Of a DNA stretch of 64,000 bases, positions 19,823 through 29,062 are shown one piece after another. A program made the position numbers and the translations under genes. The stretch covers positions 2,464,001 to 2,528,000 of the forward strand of contig CBDDFZ010000001.1 in the NCBI GenBank assembly GCA_965227515.1. The letters are read 5' to 3'. The DNA is from Alphaproteobacteria bacterium. GTDB lineage: Bacteria; Pseudomonadota; Alphaproteobacteria; CALKHQ01. The notes below the pieces were generated by a model. It worked only from the letters and a program-made list of their open reading frames with translations, was not told the origin of the DNA and did not search any database. How positions within the stretch are numbered: the first letter of the stretch is position 1; every line of letters starts with the position of its first letter.

Positions 19823-21205
19823 CTACTCCGCCGCCGCGCGGTCGGGGCTGAGCCAGCCGTCGAGGTCGGCCAGCGCGCGCGCCGACAGCGCCACCTTGCG
19901 GTCGCGGCCCCGGATGCGGCCCTTCTTCGGCCCGTCGTCGCCGGGCAGCGGCGGGAACAGGCCGAAATTGACGTTCATCGGCTGGAACGTGCGTTCGTCC
20001 GCCCCGCCGGTGATGTGCGCCAGCAGCGCGCCGAGTGCCGTGGTCGGCGGCGGTGCCGGCTGCTCGGTGTCCAGGCGTTCGGCGGCGGCGAAGCGGCCGC
20101 ACAGCAGCCCGATGGCCGCGCTCTCGATATAGCCTTCCACGCCGGTGATCTGGCCGGCGAAACGCAGGCGCGGGTCGGCTTTCAACCGGCAGGTGCCGTC
20201 CAGAAGCTTCGGCGCGTTCAGGAAGGTGTTGCGGTGGATGCCGCCCAGCCGCGCGAACTCGGCGTTCTCCAGGCCCGGGATCATGCGGAACACGCGCGCC
20301 TGCTCGCCGTACTTCATCTTGGTCTGGAACCCGACGATGTTGTAGAGCGTGCCGAGCGCGTTGTCCTGGCGCAGCTGCACCACCGCGTGCGGCCGCCGTT
20401 CGGTATGCGGGTCGGTCAGCCCGACCGGCTTCATCGGCCCGAAGCGCAGGGTCTCGCGGCCGCGCGACGCCATCACCTCGATCGGCAGGCAGCCCTCGAA
20501 ATAGGGCGTGTCGCGCTCCCAGTCCTTGAATTCGGTCGCTTCCGCCGCCAGCAGGGCGTCGATGAACGCCTCATAGCCCGGCCCGTCGAGAGCGCAGTTG
20601 ATGTAGTCGGCGCCGTCGCCCTCCGGCCCCACCTTGTCGTAGCGCGACTGGCGCCAGGCGCGGCTCATGTCGATGCTGTCGGCGTGCACGATGGGGGCGA
20701 TGGCGTCGAAGAACGCGAGGGAGGCCTCGCCGCTCAGTTTCCGGACCGCCTCGGCCAGGCCGGGCGCGGTCAGCGGGCCGGTCGCCACGATGACGCTGTC
20801 CCAGTCTGCCGGCGGCAGGCCGTCGACCTCCTCGCGCACCAGGGTGACCAGGGGCTCGGCCTCCAGCGCCTCGGTGACCGCATCGGCGAAGCGGTCGCGG
20901 TCCACCGCCAGCGCGCCGCCTGCCGGCAGCTTTGCGGCATCGCCGCAGCGCATGATCAGCGAGCCCGCGCGCCGCAGTTCCTCGTGCAACAGGCCGACCG
21001 CGTTGTGCTGCGCATCGTCGGACCGGAACGAGTTGGAGCAGACCAGCTCGGCGAGCTTGCCGGTCTGGTGCGCCTCGGTGCCGCGCACCGGGCGCATCTC
21101 GTGCACCACCACTGGCACACCGGCGCGTGCGATCTGCCACGCGGCCTCGCTGCCGGCGAGGCCGCCGCCGATGACATGAATGGGTTGGGTCGTTGCTGCC
21201 GTCAT
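19823..21205 (-). CDS. trmFO: tRNA m5U54 methyltransferase TrmFO
   Basis: [58 protein letters not shown]. Confidence 0.96.
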   Translation of the reverse strand: MTAATTQPIHVIGGGLAGSEAAWQIARAGVPVVVHEMRPVRGTEAHQTGKLAELVCSNSFRSDDAQHNAVGLLHEELRRAGSLIMRCGDAAKLPAGGALAVDRDRFADAVTEALEAEPLVTLVREEVDGLPPADWDSVIVATGPLTAPGLAEAVRKLSGEASLAFFDAIAPIVHADSIDMSRAWRQSRYDKVGPEGDGADYINCALDGPGYEAFIDALLAAEATEFKDWERDTPYFEGCLPIEVMASRGRETLRFGPMKPVGLTDPHTERRPHAVVQLRQDNALGTLYNIVGFQTKMKYGEQARVFRMIPGLENAEFARLGGIHRNTFLNAPKLLDGTCRLKADPRLRFAGQITGVEGYIESAAIGLLCGRFAAAERLDTEQPAPPPTTALGALLAHITGGADERTFQPMNVNFGLFPPLPGDDGPKKGRIRGRDRKVALSARALADLDGWLSPDRAAAE

Positions 21206-21348
21206 GGGGCACGTACATATGCCGCCGGGTGGCGCTGGGCAAGCAGCCTGCGCGCAACGTCAAGTTCAGCGCAGTTTGGTTGGCGTGGCGGCGCGTGGCT
21301 GCTATGCATGCGCAGGGTGATACGGGGGAGAGACTGGAAGGATCGACG

Positions 21349-21918
21349 ATGGGTTACATCGGTATGAGCCTGCCGGCGGCATTCGGTGTCGCGACGGCCA
21401 TCTTCCTCACACAGGCCACGGGCGCGCTGGCGCAGGCGCCGGCACCGCAGACCGGCTTCGTGTCCGAGGTGCGCCTGGGCGTGCTGGCCCATGACATCGG
21501 GCCGCTGGTCGTGAACAACGAGAGCGGCATCGACATCAACGGCGAGGTGCTGTTCAACATCGACGTCGAGTTGTTCGAGGACACCGAGCTGCGCCCGCAC
21601 CTCGGCTTCTCCGCCAACACCGCAGGCGACACCAGCCAGGTCTATGCCGGTGCCACGCTGACATGGTTCCCGGACGAGAACTTCTTCCTGGAGGCCGGCG
21701 GCGGCGGTGCGGTCCACGACGGCGAGACCGAGCCGGTGGCCGCCGACAAAAAGGCGCTGGGGTGCAGCGTGCTGTTCCGTGGCGTGCTGGGCGCGGGCGT
21801 GTTGCTCGGCGACAACCACACCTTCTCGCTGCACTACGACCACATCTCCAACGCTTTCCTGTGCGACCACAACGAGGGGCTGGAGACGGTGGGCGTGCGC
21901 TACGGCTACAGGTTCTAG
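21349..21918 (+). CDS. Outer-membrane beta-barrel, acyloxyacyl hydrolase / lipid A deacylase (PagL-like) family
   Basis: EVRLGVLAHD, RPHLG, DHISNA.LC..NEGL, terminal YGYRF. Confidence 0.78.
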   Translation: MGYIGMSLPAAFGVATAIFLTQATGALAQAPAPQTGFVSEVRLGVLAHDIGPLVVNNESGIDINGEVLFNIDVELFEDTELRPHLGFSANTAGDTSQVYAGATLTWFPDENFFLEAGGGGAVHDGETEPVAADKKALGCSVLFRGVLGAGVLLGDNHTFSLHYDHISNAFLCDHNEGLETVGVRYGYRF

Positions 21919-22967
21919 AGCGGGGTCTTTTTTGGAAGAATCGAAAGGGGATTCCCGACTCGGGGGGTAATCTGATTCAACGTGTTGGTCTTGAGAGGAG
22001 GCTGGCGCGATGGGTCGACCCTATTCGAATGATCTTCGTGAGCGTGCTGTTGCTCGAGTGATGGCCGGTGAGACGGTTCGCTCTGTGGCATCCGCGTTCG
22101 ACGTGAGCGTGTCTGCGGTTGTGAAGTGGTCGCAGCGGTATCGGCGCACCGGGAGTGTTGCGCCGGGCAAGGTCGGTGGCCACAAGCGGATCATATTGGC
22201 GCCGCATCGCGACTTCGTGCAGGCCCGTTTGGCAGCCGAGCCGCACCTTCCCTTGCGCTCCTTGCAGCGCGAGCTGGCCGATCGCGGCATCCGGGTGAGC
22301 TACGGCGCGATCTGGCGCTTTGTGCATGCCGAGGGATTGAGCTTCAAAAAAAACCGCGCTGGCCAGCGAGCAGGATCGTCCCGACGTGGCACGGCGGCGC
22401 GCGCGCTGGAAGCGTCATCAGGCAAAGCTTGATCCCGCCCGCCTGGTCTTCATTGACGAGACCTGGGCCAAGACCAACATGGCGCCGTTGCGGGGCTGGA
22501 GCCGGCGCGGTCGTCGCCTCGTCGGCAAGGCTCCGCACGGCCGCTGGCGCACCCTGACCTTCCTCGCTGCTCTGCGCTGCGACCAGCTCACCGCACCGTG
22601 CGTCTTCGACGGCCCGATTAACGGTCAGGCCTTCCTCGCCTATGTCGAGCAAATCCTGGTGCCGACGCTCAAACCCGGCGACATCGTCATCATGGACAAC
22701 CTGGGCAGCCACAAGGGCAAGGCCGTACGGGCCGCCCTGCGCCAAGCCGGCGCAAGGCTGCTCTTCCTGCCGCCCTACAGCCCCGACCTCAATCCCATCG
22801 AGCAGGTGTTCGCCAAGCTCAAGCACCTGCTCAGGCGCGCCGCAGAGCGCACCATCGACGACACATGGCGGCGTATCGGAAAACTACTCGACGCGTTCCA
22901 GCCACACGAATGCAACAACTACATCGTCAATGCAGGATACGCTTCCGCATAAAACGATCCCGCTCTA
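21916..22967 (+). mobile_element. IS630-family insertion sequence
   Basis: Terminal inverted repeats CTAGAGCGGG.../...GATCCCGCTCTAG, TA at both ends, two overlapping transposase ORFs. Confidence 0.92.
22010..22952 (+). CDS. IS630 transposase split in two frames at an A8 run (22346-22353)
   Basis: orfA MGRPYSNDLRERAV (HTH); orfB LVFIDETW, VIMDNLGSHK, LPPYSPDLNPIE (DDE). Confidence 0.9.
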
Positions 22968-23139
22968 GTATCCCCCATTGTCGTCCTCGGCCTTGTGCCG
23001 AGGACCCGTTTGCGCGCTGGGGCTGGAGACGAGCCTGGTTTGCTCGACGCTTGCGCGGATCGGGGCCGACTCAGCGTAAGCGAAAAACGATCCAGCCAGT
23101 CAAATTCCGACCATGTTTGCGTGCCAGCCTGGGCGGATC

Positions 23140-23571
23140 ATGACCGAACCAGATGGAGACGGGCGCGTGCGCACCACCCTGCTGCCCTTGCTGTCGTGCC
23201 TATTGGCGCTGGCGCTCGCCGGCTGTTTAAGCAGCCGGACCCAAGCCAACTACCAGGCCCAGCTCAACAGCTATGTCGGCCAGCACGTCGACGCGGTGGT
23301 GCTGCAATTGGGGCCGCCGGACAGCTCGTACCAGTTGGCGGACGGCCGCTGGATCCATGAGTGGGAGGAGGAACGCACGCAGCAGTCGTTCACCCAGGCG
23401 TTGCCGCGCACCCAGGTGCTGTACGACAGCGACGGCAACCCGGTGCCCATCACCAGCGGCATCACCACCCAGCCGACCACCCGCACCTACAACTGCACCA
23501 CCCGCATCGTGGCCGACAACAAGGGCACGGTGCTGTCGTGGACGGCCGACGGCAACGACTGCCGGTCCTGA
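23140..23571 (+). CDS. Hypothetical lipoprotein
   Basis: Lipobox LAGC; start uncertain. Confidence 0.65.
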   Translation: MTEPDGDGRVRTTLLPLLSCLLALALAGCLSSRTQANYQAQLNSYVGQHVDAVVLQLGPPDSSYQLADGRWIHEWEEERTQQSFTQALPRTQVLYDSDGNPVPITSGITTQPTTRTYNCTTRIVADNKGTVLSWTADGNDCRS

Positions 23572-23665
23572 CGCCGGCCCGAAAAGCGCCTGCGATTGGG
23601 GGTGAATTTCACCCGGCGCGGTGCCAAACTGTGGCCACCGAGAACCCCGGGGAGGACGGCGAGCC

Positions 23666-24616
23666 ATGACGCTGCGGGTGTTGAGCGAAGACGACCAGAA
23701 GAACTGGGACGACCTGGGCTATGTGGTGGTGCACGACGCGGTGCCGCCGGAAAACGTGGCCGCCGCCATCGACGCGATCTGGGAATTCACCGGCTTCAGC
23801 CCGGACCGGCCGGAGGAATGGAACCGGCCGCAGCCGCGCCCCAACGGGATGGAAGAGCTGAACGGCGCCGGCATGGTCGAGATGTACCACCACCCGGCAT
23901 TATGGGCGAACCGGCAGGTGCCGCGGGTGCACGGCGCGTTTGCCGACATCTGGGGGACCGAGGCGCTGTGGGTCACCATCGACCGCGCCAACTTCAACCC
24001 GCCGAAGCGCGGGGAGGGCGGCTTCCAGGGTTTCATCCACTGGGATATCGACACCTCCGAGCAGCCATTGCCGTTCGACGTGCAGGGCGTGCTGGCGCTG
24101 ACCGACGTCAATCCCGGCGATGGCGGGTTCCAGTGCGTGCCCGGCATGCCGAAGCTGTTCCCGGAATGGGTGAAGACGCAGCCGGCCGACCGCGACCCGA
24201 ACCGGCCCGACCTTGCCGACCTCACCGTCGAGGCGGTGGCGCTGAAGGCCGGCGACCTGCTGATCTGGAACAGCCAGTTGGCGCATGGCGTGTCGCCCAA
24301 CCGGGGCACGTGGCCGCGCATGGCGCAGTACATCGCGATGTCGCCGGCGCAGGAGGACAACGAGGCGGCGCGCCAGTGGCGGATCGAGTCCTGGCTGCAT
24401 CGCACGCCGCCGGTGGGCGATCCGTTCCCCGGCGACCCGCGCGAGTGGGAACAGAAGCACGGCACCACCGCGGCACTGACACCGCTGGGCCGCAAGCTGC
24501 TGGGGCTCGACCGCTGGTCCGAGGCGGCGTCGGCGGACAGCAACGCGGTCCAGGCCGATATGTCGCTGGACCAGAAGCGCGGCCGCCGTCGCGCCACGCC
24601 CGGTTTCGCGGCGTAG
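23666..24616 (+). CDS. Phytanoyl-CoA dioxygenase (PhyH) family 2OG-Fe(II) oxygenase
   Basis: GYVVV, HWD, QGVLALTD, GGFQCVPG, AGDLLIWNS.LAHG. Confidence 0.85.
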   Translation: MTLRVLSEDDQKNWDDLGYVVVHDAVPPENVAAAIDAIWEFTGFSPDRPEEWNRPQPRPNGMEELNGAGMVEMYHHPALWANRQVPRVHGAFADIWGTEALWVTIDRANFNPPKRGEGGFQGFIHWDIDTSEQPLPFDVQGVLALTDVNPGDGGFQCVPGMPKLFPEWVKTQPADRDPNRPDLADLTVEAVALKAGDLLIWNSQLAHGVSPNRGTWPRMAQYIAMSPAQEDNEAARQWRIESWLHRTPPVGDPFPGDPREWEQKHGTTAALTPLGRKLLGLDRWSEAASADSNAVQADMSLDQKRGRRRATPGFAA

Positions 24617-24740
24617 ATCTTTTTCGCTTACGCTAAGTCGGCACCAGCCCTCACCCCCACCCGGCCACCCAATCAGGATACTGTCGTGGGTGGCCGGGTG
24701 GGGGTGCGGGCCGGTGCAGATCAACCGAAGATCGCTCTAG
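24614..24740. repeat. Palindromic MITE-like repeat family A, copy 2
   Basis: Stem 24636-24721 with loop CAGGATACT; starts at TAG stop of the PhyH gene, ends GATCGCTCTAG. Confidence 0.85.
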
Positions 24741-24748
24741 GAGCCGAT

Positions 24749-25903
24749 TCAGAACGGCGCCGCCATGCTGGCCACGATGCCCTTGGTCATCGCGGTGATC
24801 GGCATGTGCTTCATCAGCGTGTTGATCAGGGCCGATGTGGTCTTGTGGCGGACCATCATCACCTTGGCCAGATGGCGGGAGTCGGTCTGGTTCTTCTCAA
24901 CGGTCTTCTGCACCCGGCGCTGCCAGCGCGCGAGCGCTGCCGGCACGCTGCTCGCGTCGGCGAGGCTGAGCTCGTAGGCAAGCGCGGCACCGGCCCGCAA
25001 GGCGTTCGACGCTCCGACCCCGGCCGTGGGCAGGAAGCCGATCCCGCTGTCTCCGGCCAAGGCGACGCGGCCGTCGAGCGCGGTGATCTGCGGCGCACGT
25101 ACGTCGTGCAGCTTCCACAGGAAGGGCCGGCCCTCGACGATGTCCCAAAGGCCGTCCAGCTTCGACAGTCCCGGACAGTGATCCAGCACCTCGCGGCGCA
25201 GGGCGTCGATGATCGCGGCCGGTTCCGCGTCGGCGTCAGGCGAGAGGTCGCGCGGCACGCCGACCGCGACGTTGACCTTGCCGGGCATCGGATAGAGGCC
25301 GACGAAGCAGGACGGGCCCCACCATTCCGATGCGGTGTTGGGCGCACCCACCGTTGGCGGTGCCCACCACATCCAGGCGTCGAAGCCGGTGTCGTGCGGC
25401 TCGATGTTGCCGAACAGGGCAGTGCGCAGGCGGCTGTGCATGCCGTCGGCTGCGACGACAACGTCGCCTGAGACACGCTCGCCGTCCTCGGTGACGACCG
25501 AGACACTGTCGCCGTCCGCTTCGGCGGACACGGCGGTGCAGCCGAAGCGCAATGCACCGTCGGGCAGTTGGGCGGCGAGCAGGTCGATCAGGTCGGCACG
25601 GGTGATGCCGAGCATCGGGCCGTAGTCCTGCAGCAGCCCGGCCAGGTCGACCGTCTGCAGCACCGCGCCGTCGGTGCCGTGCACCGTGTAGTCGTTGAGC
25701 GTGGTGGCGCGCGCCTCGAGCTGGTCGTGGATGCCAAGGGCGTTGAAGACGGCGCCACCCAGCGGATAGAGGCCCAGACCGTAGCCCGCCGCGCCATAAG
25801 ACTGCGCGCGCTCCAGCACGGTCACGTCATGGCTGCCGGTGCGCGACAGCAGCGCGCCGACAGTCAGCCCGGCGACACCGCCGCCTGCGATGACCAATTT
25901 CAT
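24749..25903 (-). CDS. FAD-dependent monooxygenase
   Basis: IAGGGVAGL, VVAADGMHS.LR, LAGDS...PTAGVGAS. Confidence 0.85.
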   Translation of the reverse strand: MKLVIAGGGVAGLTVGALLSRTGSHDVTVLERAQSYGAAGYGLGLYPLGGAVFNALGIHDQLEARATTLNDYTVHGTDGAVLQTVDLAGLLQDYGPMLGITRADLIDLLAAQLPDGALRFGCTAVSAEADGDSVSVVTEDGERVSGDVVVAADGMHSRLRTALFGNIEPHDTGFDAWMWWAPPTVGAPNTASEWWGPSCFVGLYPMPGKVNVAVGVPRDLSPDADAEPAAIIDALRREVLDHCPGLSKLDGLWDIVEGRPFLWKLHDVRAPQITALDGRVALAGDSGIGFLPTAGVGASNALRAGAALAYELSLADASSVPAALARWQRRVQKTVEKNQTDSRHLAKVMMVRHKTTSALINTLMKHMPITAMTKGIVASMAAPF

Positions 25904-25975
25904 GGAACCTCCGCTTTGGTTGGCGCGCGAAGCCTAGCCAAGCAGAGTTAATAGATTCAGTTGCTGTGTCCCTGG

Positions 25976-26722
25976 CTACCTTCCACCGGCGACATCGATG
26001 AGGGCGCCGGTGGTGTAGCTCGACCCGTCGTCGAGCAGGAACAGGATCGTATCGGCGACCTCTTGGGCGGTGCCGGGACGGCCAAGCGGCGATTGGTTGC
26101 CGAGGCGTTCGGCGCGGTCCGGCTCGCCGCCGCTGGCGTGGATTTCGGTCTCGATCAGCCCCGGCCGCACCGCGTTGACCCTGATGCCGCGCGGTCCCAG
26201 CTCCTTCGCCAGCCCGATGGTCATGGTGTCCATGGCGCCTTTTGAGGCGGCGTAGTCGACATATTCGAACGGCGAGCCGAGCCTGGAGGCGGCGGACGAG
26301 ACATTGACCAGCGCGCCGCCCTTGCCGTTGCGGTCGCGGTCCAGCCGCCGCGCCGCCTCCCGCGAGACCAGGAAAGAGCCGAGCACGTTGGTGTCCAGTA
26401 CGCGGCGGATGCGCTCCAGCGTCATCTCGGCGAGCGGGATCGAGGGGGCGACGATGCCGGCATTGTTGACCACACCGTCCAGCGGACCGAAGGCGTCCTC
26501 CGCCGCGTCGAACATCGCCAGCACGTCAGGCTCCGCCGTCACGTCGCCGCGCACGGCACGCGCCTGGCCGCCGGCCTGCTCGACCAGCCGCACGGTCTCG
26601 TCGGCCGCGTCCGCATTGTCACGGAAATTGATCGTCACCGCCCAGCCGCGCGCCCCGGCGGCGACCGCCGTCGCACGGCCGATCCCGCGACTACCGCCGG
26701 TGATGAGGATGGATTTCGACAT
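25976..26722 (-). CDS. Short-chain dehydrogenase/reductase
   Basis: ITGGSRGIG, NNAG, YAASK, IRVNAVRPG. Confidence 0.92.
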   Translation of the reverse strand: MSKSILITGGSRGIGRATAVAAGARGWAVTINFRDNADAADETVRLVEQAGGQARAVRGDVTAEPDVLAMFDAAEDAFGPLDGVVNNAGIVAPSIPLAEMTLERIRRVLDTNVLGSFLVSREAARRLDRDRNGKGGALVNVSSAASRLGSPFEYVDYAASKGAMDTMTIGLAKELGPRGIRVNAVRPGLIETEIHASGGEPDRAERLGNQSPLGRPGTAQEVADTILFLLDDGSSYTTGALIDVAGGR

Positions 26723-26941
26723 CGCTTGATCCCTCTGGTGTGTTCGCGGTCACACTACACGCCGGCCTGCCTTCGTGCCGCTGCAACGTTGCCGCGATCT
26801 CGCCTTGCTCCGCCCCCACTTGCACGCTCGACGGGGAGTCGGCGGCGCTCATCCGGCGCAAACAATGGCAACACGCGCCGTATTCGATCAGGATAACGAG
26901 ATCTGAAGTCATCCTGCCTTTCGACGACCAGGGAGCCTCGT

Positions 26942-28456
26942 ATGTATCTGGGAGCAATCAGGCGCGGTGCCATCGTGGCAGCCGTGTCTGTCGGCGCATG
27001 CTGCGCCATGGCAGCGACGGCGTCAGCCGCCGAGCTGATCTTGTTCGACGGCAACAACTGCACCGGCGACTTTCGCATGACCGACCGGTCGATCTCCGAC
27101 CTCAACCAGGTCGGGTTCGACAACCGCGTCAACTCGTTCATGGCGATCACCGGAAGCTGGCGCTTCTATCGCGACGCCAACTACCAGGAAAACAACGGGC
27201 CGTCGTTCCAGATCGGCCCCAGCGGCTACACCGAGACCTGCTGGTCGCTGAACGACGCCTCGCAGGGCAACTTCCCGAACAACCGGATGTCGGCTGTCGA
27301 GCTGTTGCAGGACTCGCCCGGCCCGCAGCCGGAAGGCATCGCCATCCTGTACGACTTCACCAATTTCGGCGGCCAGTACCGCATCCTGACCCGCTCGGTG
27401 CAGGATTTCCGCCAGATCGGCTTCGACAACGACGTCGAGTCCATCCGTGTCGTCTCGGGCACCTGGAATTTCTATCGCGACGCCGGCTTCGGCGCGCCGC
27501 CGGGACGGCCGTCGATCACGCTGGGGCCGGGCGATTACGCCAATGTCGCGAACGTGCCGGGCTATCCGCAGGGCCATTTCCCCGGCGACCTGATGTCGTC
27601 GGCGGAGTTCGCGCTTGAGGGACCGCCCCCGCCCCCGCCGCCGCCGGACCCCGAGCCGCAGCCGTTGCAGTGCGCGCCGGGTCAGGTGGACGCAAACGGC
27701 CAGTGCCTGTCGTGCTGGGAGCCGTTCGGCAACCAGCCGGGCTCGTCGGTGCTGAATGCCGCCGGCAACGCATGCGAGTGCGCGCCGGGCTACGAGTGGG
27801 ACAATTTCGGCGCCACCAATATCGGCGGCACCGTCTTCCGCGACTGCGAGCCGGTGCAGTCGCCGGCACCGCCGGTGTGCCCCGGGCCGTATCAGTATCT
27901 GGATCAGGGCACCGGGCAATGTGCGTTCCAGTGCCACCAGAGCACGCAGCCCAACCTGTCGACCGGCGAGTGCGATTGCCTGCCTGGCACCAGCGAGGCC
28001 GGCGTGCTGGCCGACGGACGGCGCTACTGCCTGGCGTCGACCGTGCCAGAGCCGCCGGCACAGACGGTGCGCTACACGGCGCCGGCGACCCCGTTCCTGG
28101 TCGCGGCCAACGCTGCCGGCTTCACGTTCCAGACCAGCGCCGACCCCGGCGTGACCTGTAACGTCCAGCTTGCCACCGGCCGCATCGAGGTCGAGGTCGT
28201 CGGCCCGACCGTGCCGCAGGCCCGCTCTTGCATCGTCACGATGATGGCCGGCCGGCTGCTGGCGCCGGGCTGGCGGTTCGAGGACTACGCCCTGGTCACG
28301 CTGGCCGGTCAGGCGGTGCCGATCGGGCTGACCGGCATCCTGCCGTTCTCGATCCAAGTGACGGTGCCGCCGTTCCAGCAGGCCGCGGTGGCGCGGGTCG
28401 ACAGCATCGACCTGCTCGGACCGGCAGGCCTGACCTGGCAGCAGGCGTTGCAATAG
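26942..28456 (+). CDS. Secreted beta/gamma-crystallin domain protein with Pro linker and Cys-rich region
   Basis: Two crystallin-like domains (LFDGNNCTG...FDNRVNS...GSWRFYRDANY; LYDFTNFGG...FDNDVESIRVVSGTWNFY), poly-Pro, many Cys. Confidence 0.75.
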   Translation: MYLGAIRRGAIVAAVSVGACCAMAATASAAELILFDGNNCTGDFRMTDRSISDLNQVGFDNRVNSFMAITGSWRFYRDANYQENNGPSFQIGPSGYTETCWSLNDASQGNFPNNRMSAVELLQDSPGPQPEGIAILYDFTNFGGQYRILTRSVQDFRQIGFDNDVESIRVVSGTWNFYRDAGFGAPPGRPSITLGPGDYANVANVPGYPQGHFPGDLMSSAEFALEGPPPPPPPPDPEPQPLQCAPGQVDANGQCLSCWEPFGNQPGSSVLNAAGNACECAPGYEWDNFGATNIGGTVFRDCEPVQSPAPPVCPGPYQYLDQGTGQCAFQCHQSTQPNLSTGECDCLPGTSEAGVLADGRRYCLASTVPEPPAQTVRYTAPATPFLVAANAAGFTFQTSADPGVTCNVQLATGRIEVEVVGPTVPQARSCIVTMMAGRLLAPGWRFEDYALVTLAGQAVPIGLTGILPFSIQVTVPPFQQAAVARVDSIDLLGPAGLTWQQALQ

Positions 28457-28512
28457 GCAGCGCTGGTCTTGATCGGCAATACAGTGGCGGTGGATGGGTC
28501 CATCCTATCCAC

Positions 28513-28663
28513 CGTCATTGCGAGGAGCGCCTGTATCGGCGCGACGCGGCAATCCAGTGCGGTGCTGGCGTCGCCACGGCAATCGCCTGGATCGCCACGC
28601 CGCCCCTCACTAACAATTGGGTCAGCTATCCGGCTGACCCTTGAGGCGCGGCTCGCGATGACG
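28513..28663. repeat. RPE-like palindromic element (GTCATTGCGAG...CTCGCGATGAC)
   Basis: Terminal inverted cgtcattgcgag/ctcgcgatgacg, inner gcggcaatccag/ctggatcgccac. Confidence 0.75.
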
Positions 28664-28703
28664 CCAGATTGAGTGACTGGCCGGCGCAATCCGACCACTG
28701 GTC

Positions 28704-28739
28704 CAAAGCAAACGGCCCGCACCGAAGGGTGCGGGCCGT
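28704..28739 (-). terminator. Intrinsic terminator after rpmG
   Basis: 12-bp stem acggcccgcacc/ggtgcgggccgt followed by TTGCTTTG on minus strand. Confidence 0.65.
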
Positions 28740-28771
28740 GTCTCATGCAAACGGCGACGAGTGCGCGCCGC

Positions 28772-28942
28772 TCACTTCATCTTGGATTCCTTGAACAGCA
28801 CGTGCTTGCGCGCCCGCGGGTCGTACTTGCGCATCTCAAGCTTTTCCGGGTGCTTGGTGGTGTTGCGCTTCGCGACATAGAAATAGCCGGTGTCGGCCGT
28901 GCTCACCAGCTTCACCAGCAGGGCGCCGCCCTTCTTAGCCAT
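28772..28942 (-). CDS. rpmG: 50S ribosomal protein L33 (absent from ORF track)
   Basis: [56 protein letters not shown]; AGGAG RBS. Confidence 0.95.
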   Translation of the reverse strand: MAKKGGALLVKLVSTADTGYFYVAKRNTTKHPEKLEMRKYDPRARKHVLFKESKMK

Positions 28943-29062
28943 CTAACTCTCCTGCGGAAAAAACGGGGAGCGGTCACGTGTCCGCCCCGTGCCGCGTCAG
29001 GCCGTGGGACATAAGCGTTCCCCGGCCAATTGTCAATGTCGGTGGGGCAGAACCCCAACAGC

